DNA from: Candidatus Eiseniibacteriota bacterium
Lineage (GTDB): Bacteria; Eisenbacteria; RBG-16-71-46; CAZAMP01
Reading direction: 5' to 3'
Assembly (NCBI GenBank): GCA_965224245.1
Contig: CBDCYW010000001.1
Location: 1-13,480, forward strand
DNA length: 13,480 bases
Of this stretch, positions 1 to 7,528 are shown piece by piece (positions within the stretch are counted from its first letter, which is position 1; each line of letters opens with the position of its first letter). Position numbers and translations under genes: made by a program. The notes below the pieces were generated by a model, which saw nothing but the letters and a program-made list of their open reading frames with translations, made no database searches and had not been told where the DNA came from.

Positions 1-1237
1 ACCGTCACGGACTCGGGCGGGATTCGCGACGGGCGTCAACGACAGCCCCCGCGGCGCAAGCGCCGCCACCGCGTCACCACCTCGATGAACCACTCGCGTA
101 CCCCAGGTAGTCTCGACCCTGGCTACACCAGACCCCATAGAGGCCACCATCGGGGCACATGACCATGTCGATCTGGCGATCCGTGAGATACCCCTCACAG
201 ACGAGGGTATCGGGGCTACTCCACACGATACCGCGATCGGCACTCGAGTAGAGAACGGGCGTATATCGGGTGTCGGTGCCGTCGCGGCGGAGGCGGGTGA
301 CCAGGACCCGCCACGACGCGTCCGGCGCGATCGCGACATCGACCGACGCAAGCGAGTCCGCCGGGAGCCAGACCGGTGATCCCCACGTGTCCCCACCGTC
401 GCCAGATGCGACGATCGCGACCCGACGGTCGATCAACTCCTCGGGTTCACTATCGAGCGCGGCACCAATGACCTCGAGACCTCGGACCGCAAGCACCGTC
501 GGGCGCACACCGTCGGGGCCAAACGCGTGGACGAGCTGCGCGGACGGCTGCGCCGGCGACCAGCGATAGAGGACCGACTCGGAGAGACGATTCCGATACA
601 GGCAAAGGAGATCCGTGCCGTCGCACCCCAGTTGAGGATCGTCCAGATCCGCGGCTTTCTCGTCCAGCGCATCATGCAGGATCCACTCCGCGCCGTCGGA
701 CGAGGACGCGAGGTACACGGTCGCCGGCGATTGTCGCCAAGTAGTGAGCACAGCCACGAACCGTCCCTCGACCATTGCCAAGTCTCGCACTCGAAGGTCG
801 GAAAACGCTTCCTGGACCCTCACAACCGATCCGGTCCATCGGTCGTACGTGGCGAGATCGACGACGACACCGCTCCGCCAGTCGGGCCACACCGGTACGA
901 GATGCCGGGACCACAACGTCACGACGGTCGATGCGTCGCCCGCAATCACAGGTCCGAAGCCATCCTCGCCGAGCGCCGTCAGTCGCGCGAGCGACCGGCT
1001 GGTTCCGGATCGAGTGACGGCATACAAAGAGACGGGTTCCACACCATCGGCTCCGAATTCGCTCCGAGCGACGAAGCCCTCCCGGGCATCGGCCCAGATG
1101 GAAGCCTCCGTGGCAGCAAACGCGCCTAGCGGAATCTCGAACTCGCAGGATCGAGCCTCTGCTCCCGCGGCGACCGCGGAACCTGCGACCGCAGCGATGA
1201 GCGCGTAGACGCCGGGCGCAATGTGTCGGCGTGGCAT
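1..1237 (-). CDS. Secreted BNR/Asp-box (sialidase-like beta-propeller) protein; probable +1 frameshift near 94; probably continues past the window edge into a CTD
   Basis: ORF 74..1279. Likely start is ATG 1237 after GGGAGGT. Signal-peptide-like N-terminus (VYALIAAVAGSAVAAGAEA). Asp-box-like motifs SSSDGAEW, SGDGGDTW and SADRGIVW. Removing one base near 94 gives VVHRGGDAVAALAPRGLSLTPVANPARVRDG, open to position 1 and resembling a CTD start. Confidence 0.7.
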
Positions 1238-1275
1238 GGCACCTCCCATCGTCAACGGGCGCCCGACCCGGGCGC

Positions 1276-2862
1276 TCAATAGAGCGTCACCCGGATCGTC
1301 GTGGCCAATGCGCGAGCGCGATCAACAATGCGCCAGTAGTAAACTCCGGCCGATACGCGCCGTCCGTTCAGATCCCGCGCATCCCAGACGACCTCCTCCA
1401 AGCCCGGCCCCATTGGCGGAAGCGACCAAAACGCAATGTGACGGCCGACCGCGTCGAACACGTCGTTGTCGATGGCGCTCACACCGACCAGCCGAACTCG
1501 TGCGCGCGCACCGGCGCTGACCCGTCCGGGAGTACCGATGGGTTGCGCCAGTCCCTGTCCCACAGACGGGTCTTCCGCGGGCGGACGGACTCGAGCCGCG
1601 AAGCGACTGTCGACGCCGAGGTTCGGCACGCGGTCCGTCCACGTCGCGTAGAAGTCACCGCGTGCGCTTACCGAGCACTCCACGACACGAAGCCCGCCAG
1701 CGAAGGTCGGATTGAAGGACGTGGGAGGCTTGCAACGAAGGACGTCCGCGCGGTCGGACCAACTACGGCCGCCGTCCGTGCTCACGAAACGAACGGGCCG
1801 TCCGTTGCTTCCGACCGTCGAGAAACCAATGGTCAACGCGTGCCAAGTGCCGCGAGGGCCGCCTACCAGCTGAAGGTCGAAGCCACGACCGACCGTCCCC
1901 TCGAACGGGGCCGGAACGTAGCGATGATCGAAGCGGAGCGGCCCACGCCACGTCTCACCGAGATCCTCTGATGCATAGACATTAATCGTGTACGGATCGG
2001 ACCTCCATCCCACCACGAGGGATGAGTCATCGGAGGCCAGACTCCAAGTGAATCCGATTTCGTCGACCGTGAATGTACGAATCGACTCCCAGGTCATGCC
2101 ACCGTCACGCGACCGAACCAGATTAGCGGGTCCCGCTGGTGACGGTTCGGGTGAGTGAAACAGACAAAAGAGAGACGACCCGCACGATACGAGTTCAGGT
2201 GGACGACCGGGATGCGCGTGCCCCAAGGGTTCGGATCGCGTCCATGATTGACCTCGATCCGATGAGTGCACACACGAGAGTTCTTCGGTGTTGGCGTCGA
2301 GAATGCCGGCCACGAGTTCACTGCGGTGGCCGATCAGATCGACGATTTCGGCCAGAGCATCGATCCTCGGAAAGTGGATGACGGCGCCGGTGCGGAACTC
2401 GTAGCGAGCGCCGACGACGCGAACGGTGTCGAGATCGCCGGACCGGCGCGGGTAGTCCTCGCTCCACAGAGCAACGACACCATCATCGTCGCCCCAGACC
2501 TGAGGCGACAACAGCCGCCGATCGTTTTGCCATCCCCCTGACGCGAGCCCTTCGACCCGAGACCCCTCGCTCAGCGGTGCCAGTTCCTCGGTGTGGCCGT
2601 CTGCGTGGACCCGATGAAGGGTGATTCTGTCAGTGACGCCGTTGCCGAGCAGCAGTTCTTCACGTTGAACGATGTACGCTGCATCGTCGGCCGACCACAC
2701 AGCAGGTGCCCATTGCGAAATCGTCTCGACGTCGAGTCGACCGAGTACGACCGCGAAGTCCGGCGGGCAGGGCGGCTCGTCTGCGCGACAGGGCGTTTCC
2801 AGAAGGGCCATGGCGGCGATGGCGTAGCCGCACCTCGGATCGCGTCGCCATCGTGATCTCAT
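1276..2862 (-). CDS. Secreted BNR/Asp-box (sialidase-like) protein with C-terminal FlgD-Ig/T9SS-like domain
   Basis: 528-aa ORF with four Asp-box motifs (SSDRGQSW, SRDGGMTW, SEDLGETW, STDGGRSW). C-terminus VFDAVGRHI...VVWDARDLNGRRVSAGVYYWRI is a typical FlgD-Ig CTD pattern. Confidence 0.8.
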   Translation of the reverse strand: MRSRWRRDPRCGYAIAAMALLETPCRADEPPCPPDFAVVLGRLDVETISQWAPAVWSADDAAYIVQREELLLGNGVTDRITLHRVHADGHTEELAPLSEGSRVEGLASGGWQNDRRLLSPQVWGDDDGVVALWSEDYPRRSGDLDTVRVVGARYEFRTGAVIHFPRIDALAEIVDLIGHRSELVAGILDANTEELSCVHSSDRGQSWTRSEPLGHAHPGRPPELVSCGSSLFCLFHSPEPSPAGPANLVRSRDGGMTWESIRTFTVDEIGFTWSLASDDSSLVVGWRSDPYTINVYASEDLGETWRGPLRFDHRYVPAPFEGTVGRGFDLQLVGGPRGTWHALTIGFSTVGSNGRPVRFVSTDGGRSWSDRADVLRCKPPTSFNPTFAGGLRVVECSVSARGDFYATWTDRVPNLGVDSRFAARVRPPAEDPSVGQGLAQPIGTPGRVSAGARARVRLVGVSAIDNDVFDAVGRHIAFWSLPPMGPGLEEVVWDARDLNGRRVSAGVYYWRIVDRARALATTIRVTLY

Positions 2863-2866
2863 CTCG

Positions 2867-3084
2867 CTACCTCACAAGCACAGCCCGCCTGCTGCTGGGG
2901 CGGAGTCCCGGAACGCCGACGAAGTACACGCCCGACGGCAGGCCGTCGCCAACAGTCACCCAACCCAGAGTGGAGGTGAATGGCGGTCGTGCCGACCACG
3001 CGGCCGGACACATCGATCACTTCAACCCGTCCTCGCTCCACCCGATGCAGTAAGCCTCACCCTCAGCGAATGCTCGACGCTCAT
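2867..3084 (-). pseudogene. Orphan T9SS/FlgD-like C-terminal domain, about 71 aa after repairing two +1 frameshifts
   Basis: Removing single G residues (minus strand) near 3042 and 2960 gives MSVEHSLRVRLTASVERGRVEVIDVSGRVVGTTAIHLHSGLVTVGDGLPSGVYFVGVPGLRPSSRRAVLVR*, which contains the CTD motifs IDVSGRVV and LPSGVYFV. Confidence 0.6.
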
Positions 3085-3198
3085 GTCCCACTCCGTCGGC
3101 CGGTTGACGCCAAAACGCCCCAGAGCCGGCTGCGAGGACGTCGCACCGGGCCCCAGGAACACGTCGCGAACCTCCCGGCTGGCGCTCCCTGGTTGATC

Positions 3199-4053
3199 TT
3201 AGCGGCTCTTGATGGCGCGACACCGCGTCCTACTGCCATCTGCCAACGTAATGTCGAAGAAGTAGACTCCTGGCATGACAGGTTGACCCAGGTTGTCCAC
3301 GCCATCCCACACCACAGCTCCGGGGCTGAGAACACGAACCTCTCTTCCGTGCGCGTCGTAGAGTCGTCCGCTCTGGATGGCCTCGCGGAACTGGACCGAC
3401 GTACGGAATGGGTTTGGGCTGAGAGGACTGCTCGGGGCCACCACCGCTGCCGCTACGACCGAGACCGGTGCGCAGCCGACTCTCATCCCACCAATCTCAC
3501 CACAATCGACGCCGTCGGGGTGATTACCCGGGGCACACGGTGATGCACCAGCCAACGCGTAGGGCCCACTGAGATCGAGTATGTCCCCCGCCCCCTCGCA
3601 GTACAGGGGATCAGCCGAGAAGTTGCCGTCGACTCCATCCAGGCCATCGAGCACGAGGCCCGACCAATCACCATCGGTGTTGTTCCAGAAATCGCAGCAC
3701 TCCACTGCAAAGTCGGGTCGCGGCTCGGGAGAGAAGATCGGGATGCCCTGTGAGGTGTTCGACACGATGACGTTCCGAATGGCGGCCGTCACGTTGCCCC
3801 ATCGAAGGACGATCACTCCACCGGACGAGGTCGGATTGCGGTCCATCGTGCAGCGTTCGACGATCAGGCTCGTGTGGGTCGTGGCACTCAGCGCGCTTCC
3901 ACCCGGCGCGAGCGACGTGCACTCGTTCTCGACGAATACGCTCCCCACGCACTCGAGGGCCGCATACCAGTGCACCGCCAGTCCACCCCCAAGATACCGC
4001 GAGCTGTTCGCCTGGAACAGGCACGTTTCGACATGGACGCTTCCGCCGGTCAC
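3199..4053 (-). pseudogene. C-terminal part of a right-handed parallel beta-helix protein with FlgD-Ig CTD, cut at its 5' end by an IS
   Basis: Beta-helix-like repeats (CLFQANSS..GGGL, SVFVENEC..GGSAL, CTMDRN), a GNFSADPLYC...SPC motif and CTD SPNPFR...LYDAHGREVR...WDGVDNLGQPVMPGVYF. The reading frame begins exactly at the IS terminus (4053/4054). Confidence 0.75.
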
Positions 4054-4149
4054 TGTTCGGCGTCAGAGCTGATGGGACACGATCAAGCATAATCGCTATG
4101 GTCACTTCTGGGATGTATTCTTTGAATCGTCATCCAAGGAGCGGACCTG

Positions 4150-4512
4150 ATGTCGAAGAAGAGTGGCCCGGAATCGGTGGTTCGTGAGATCCGCCGCAAG
4201 ACCCGCCGTAAGTTCTCATCGGAAGAGAAGATCCGGATCGTTCTGGAAGGTCTCCGGGGCGAGGAGACGATCGCGGAGCTGTGCCGGCGTGAAGGGATCA
4301 GCCCGAACCTCTACTACAACTGGAGCAAGGAGTTCCTGGAGGCCGGGAAGCGGCGTCTGCAGGGGAACACGAAGCGAGAGGCGTCGAGCACGGAGGTGAT
4401 GGAGCTTCGAGAGCAGATCCGTCAGCTCCGGGATCTGGTTGCGGATCTGTCGGTGCGCAATGCGATGCTGAAAAAAAGGGCGACTCTATCCGACGAGTCG
4501 GACGTGGGATGA
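4150..4512 (+). CDS. IS transposase OrfA (HTH DNA-binding)
   Basis: RRKFSSEEKIRIVLEGLRGEETIAELCRREGISPNLYYNWSKEF is an HTH_Tnp_1-type motif, followed by a coiled coil. SD AAGGAG upstream. A7 run at 4471-4477. Confidence 0.93.
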   Translation: MSKKSGPESVVREIRRKTRRKFSSEEKIRIVLEGLRGEETIAELCRREGISPNLYYNWSKEFLEAGKRRLQGNTKREASSTEVMELREQIRQLRDLVADLSVRNAMLKKRATLSDESDVG

Positions 4513-5567
4513 GGCACACGCCCTCGGAGAAGCTCGAGATCATCCGCCTGGTCGAGGGCTCCGAGCTCGGCGTCCGGCAGACGCTGCGCGAGCTGGAGGT
4601 GGCCCCGAGCACGTTCTACCGCTGGTACCGGCTGTACCAGGAGGGTGGGTTCGAGGCGCTGGAGGGCGTCAAGCCGGCGGCTCGTCGGTTCTGGAACCGC
4701 ATCCCCGACGAAGAGCGGCAGCACGTGGTCGAGGTGGCGCTCGAACACCCCGATCTGTCACCCCGGGAGCTCGCCTGGCGGCTCACGGACGTCGATGGGA
4801 CGTACATCTCGGAATCGAGCGTGTATCGCATCCTGAAGGCCCAGGACCTGGTGACGAGCCCGTCGTTCATGGTGCTGACGGCGCACGAGACGTTCCCGAA
4901 CCCGACGCGGCGTGTGCACGAGCTCTGGCAGACGGACTTCACCTACCTCCGGGTGACGGCCTGGGGCTGGTACTACCTGGCCACGGTGCTCGACGACTAC
5001 AGCCGGTTCATCATCGCCTGGCTGCTCTGTCGGCAAATGGCGACCGATGACGTGGAGCGGGTGCTCGAGCAGGCCATCGCCCGCACCGGGGTCACCCGGC
5101 CCCACGTGCGACAGCGGCCGCGGCTCCTCACCGACAACGGTCCCTGCTACGTCTCGGGGCAGCTCCGGGAGTACCTCCAGGAGCGGGAGATCGCGCACAC
5201 GCGGGGTCGACCCTACCACCCGATGACGCAGGGCAAGATCGAGCGGTACCACCGCACGATGAAGAACGTGGTGACGCTCCGCAACTACTACCAGCCCGCG
5301 GAGTTGTCCGAGGAGATCGGTCGGTTCGTCGAGCACTACAACCACGAGCGCGTGCACGAGGCGCTCGACAACCTCACGCCGGCCGACGTGTACGAGGGCC
5401 GCGGGCGTGAGATCCGTTCGGCCAGGGCGCTCGTGAAGCGAGAGACCCTGCGGCGCCGAAGGCGCTACAATCTAGGCTTGCCGGTCACGAGAAAGGACGT
5501 CATCCGGCCAGCCGACGTGAGGGAAGTGTCCATAGCGATGAGCCGCGAGGTGTCCCAAAGGCTCTGA
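4509..5567 (+). CDS. IS transposase OrfB (HTH plus rve integrase core, DDE)
   Basis: DDE motifs WQTDFT, LLTDNG and QGKIERYHRT, plus YNHERVHEAL. In the -1 frame relative to orfA with an ATGA overlap. Confidence 0.95.
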   Translation: MRHTPSEKLEIIRLVEGSELGVRQTLRELEVAPSTFYRWYRLYQEGGFEALEGVKPAARRFWNRIPDEERQHVVEVALEHPDLSPRELAWRLTDVDGTYISESSVYRILKAQDLVTSPSFMVLTAHETFPNPTRRVHELWQTDFTYLRVTAWGWYYLATVLDDYSRFIIAWLLCRQMATDDVERVLEQAIARTGVTRPHVRQRPRLLTDNGPCYVSGQLREYLQEREIAHTRGRPYHPMTQGKIERYHRTMKNVVTLRNYYQPAELSEEIGRFVEHYNHERVHEALDNLTPADVYEGRGREIRSARALVKRETLRRRRRYNLGLPVTRKDVIRPADVREVSIAMSREVSQRL

Positions 5568-5576
5568 CGACGAACA

Positions 5577-5972
5577 GCCAATACTAATGAGCGAGTCTGA
5601 ACCGAGGCCAGCCTCGCAGCCATCGAAGGCCAATGCGAGTCCCGACCCTGAAGCGGGCCACGCAGAGTCCGGTATGGCACTGGCCGCGGCACACAACGTC
5701 CATCCTTCGACTGAGACGGAGTCGGGATACTCGATCCCAAACTCAACACCCTTAACACCCGCTGATCGTGCAATAACGACGAACACGTGCTGATACTCCG
5801 CGGAGTCCCCAACCACCGCGAGAGTAGTGCAGTCTTCATTTGACGCGTCGACAGCTGTGCACTGCACGAAGCTGGCGTTCTGCACGTGGCCCACGAGGTA
5901 TGGTTCAGAAAGCACCTCATGGGGTACAAGACACAAGGCGGCGACGCCGAGTACAACCTGAACGAGTTTCAT
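5577..5972 (-). pseudogene. N-terminal part of a secreted protein of unknown function, cut at its 3' end by the IS
   Basis: SD AAGGAG before ATG 5972. Signal-peptide-like MKLVQVVLGVAALCLVPHEVLS. Beta-rich Cys-containing domain (GVEFGIEYP...WTLC...WPASGSG). The frame runs into the IS terminus at 5576. Confidence 0.7.
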
Positions 5973-6118
5973 GAACTCTGATCTCCTTCGGGAAGCAAGC
6001 CGCCAATCCGCCACAGCGAACTCCGTCGTCGGTTTGCGGACTGCCACTCGCACACTGGATGCTCCGGCCTGACGGATCATGGTGTGATGTGCCCCCGAAC
6101 GTTGGACCATCGACACTG

Positions 6119-6961
6119 CTAGGTTCCGGTTCTTCTTTCTTCATCCATTCCGTAGTACACGCGCGCGGGAGTCAAGTATGACAATCCGCTGTGCGGCCGC
6201 ACGTTGTTGTACTTCTGCCTCCAGGCTTCGATCACGATTCGGGCCTCGGTCAGGCTTCCGAAGAGCTCGGCGTCGAGGCACTCGCGTCTGAAGGTCCCGT
6301 TGAAGCTCTCGTTGCTGCCGTTCTGCCAGGGCTTGCCCGGATCGATCTGGACCGACTGAATGCCCTGCTTGCGCATCACCTCCTTCAACGTCGCGGCGAC
6401 CAGCTCGCTGGCGTTGTCACTCCGAATGGCCCTGGGGCGACCGAACTGCGCGATCAGGCGCCGCAACAGCCCCTCCACGTGCTCGCTCCGAAGATGCCGG
6501 CCCGTCTCGATCGCCAGGCAGTACGCGGTCGCCTCATCCTTGACCGTCAAGCAGCGTAGTGGCTCGGCGTCGCTGTAGCCGTCATGAACGACATCCCAGG
6601 CCCACACATCGTTCCGGACCCGAGCCACCGGACGGACCTTCGTCCCCGTACGGATCTTCCTCCTCTTGCGCAAACGGCGCAGGGAAAGCCCATGCAAGCG
6701 CCACAGCCGATGGACACGCTTGAAGTTGACCCGCCACCCTCGTGATCGAAGGTAGCCGGTGACCAGGCGATACCCCCAGCTGGGCTCGCGTCGCGCCACG
6801 ATCCGAAGCGCGTTGATCAGGTGACGATCGCGTCGTTCCCGACGAGATCGATACCCGAGCCCTGAACGCGGGGTCGAACACAGAAACGACGCTCGACGCT
6901 GGCTCAGCCCGCGTCCGATCGCAAACGCCGTCATCGCCCGCCGATCGCGCGGGCTCACCAC
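6119..6961 (-). CDS. IS3-family transposase OrfB (HTH_21 plus rve core)
   Basis: Motifs WGYRLV...VNFKRVHRLW, VWAWDVV, IRSDNAS, PGKPWQNGSNESFNGTFRREC and YNNVRPHSGL. Confidence 0.95.
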   Translation of the reverse strand: MVSPRDRRAMTAFAIGRGLSQRRASFLCSTPRSGLGYRSRRERRDRHLINALRIVARREPSWGYRLVTGYLRSRGWRVNFKRVHRLWRLHGLSLRRLRKRRKIRTGTKVRPVARVRNDVWAWDVVHDGYSDAEPLRCLTVKDEATAYCLAIETGRHLRSEHVEGLLRRLIAQFGRPRAIRSDNASELVAATLKEVMRKQGIQSVQIDPGKPWQNGSNESFNGTFRRECLDAELFGSLTEARIVIEAWRQKYNNVRPHSGLSYLTPARVYYGMDEERRTGT

Positions 6962-7218
6962 TTTTTTGACTGGATCTCCCGCATGACCTCGAGCTCGAGA
7001 TCTCGCTCGGCCACTAGCCGCTTTAGGCGCTGGTTCTCGTCACGAAGCCGGCGAAGCTCCTTGACGTCGGACACATCGACACCGGCGAACTGACGACGCC
7101 AGCGGTAGATCGAGTGCTCCGAGACGCCGTGCTTGCGAGCAGCCGCGGCGATCGTCGTGCACTCGGCGTCGCGCAGGATCGCGACAATCTGCTCTTCGCT
7201 GTACCGGCTCTTCTTCAT
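6955..7218 (-). CDS. IS3-family transposase OrfA
   Basis: MKKSRYSEEQIVAILRDAE...HGVSEHSIYRWRRQF...ELRRLRDENQRLKRLVAE...KKW. SD AAGGAG precedes ATG 7218. Confidence 0.95.
   Translation of the reverse strand: MKKSRYSEEQIVAILRDAECTTIAAAARKHGVSEHSIYRWRRQFAGVDVSDVKELRRLRDENQRLKRLVAERDLELEVMREIQSKKW
6961..6967 (-). promoter_or_regulatory. Programmed -1 ribosomal frameshift heptamer A AAA AAG
   Basis: The minus strand reads TCA AAA AAG TGG TGA at the end of orfA, which is the canonical IS3-family motif in the correct phase. Confidence 0.85.
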
Positions 7219-7312
7219 GTCGGCTCTCCTTCGAGGGGGAGAACCTAACATGTCGCTGGTCTAGAGAACGGGGAGCACTCCAGGTGTCCACCTCGACAGG
7301 CGACACGCTAAC

Positions 7313-7510
7313 ATCGAGTGGCGACGCCGTCGGTTCAGGCAGTACTGGGCGAGACTGTGTCACAGGAGACGACCGGGACGTCCGCTGCTCAAACCCGCGG
7401 TTCGGACGCTCATCCGTCGGATGAGCGAGGCGAACGTGCTCTTGGGTGCACCTCGCATTGTCGGTGAGCCCGCCAAGCTCGTGATCGATGTCTCGCCCAC
7501 CGCGTTCCTA
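7313..7510 (+). pseudogene. Fragment of an integrase-core/transposase gene
   Basis: Translates IEWRRRRFRQYWARLCHRRRPGRPLLKPAVRTLIRRMSEANVLLGAPRIVGEPAKLVIDVSPTAF. This resembles the W-H-R...F-R-x-Y-W...GRP...LIRRMS-x-x-N-P-x-WGAPRI-x-GEL-x-KLG pattern of HTH/integrase-core transposases. No start codon or catalytic domain. Confidence 0.7.
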
Positions 7511-7528
7511 CAGTCCCTACCGTTCCTC

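Larger units (their letters stand above)
4054..5576 (+). mobile_element. Insertion sequence, 1523 bp, IS3/IS481 superfamily with a two-ORF transposase
   Basis: Ends TGT...ACA. Terminal inverted repeats of about 55 bp (4054-4108 and 5523-5576); the outer 27 bp match 23/27 (TGTTCGGCGTCAGAGCTGATGGGACAC vs TGTTCGTCGTCAGAGCCTTTGGGACAC). Contains orfA and orfB. No flanking direct repeat. Confidence 0.92.
6085..7282 (-). mobile_element. IS3-family insertion sequence (IS407-like), 1198 bp, with 4-bp target duplication GGTG
   Basis: TG...CA ends. Imperfect inverted repeats of about 42 bp (6085-6126 and 7241-7282). GGTG at 6081-6084 and 7283-7286. orfA/orfB with an A-AAA-AAG slippery site. Confidence 0.93.
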
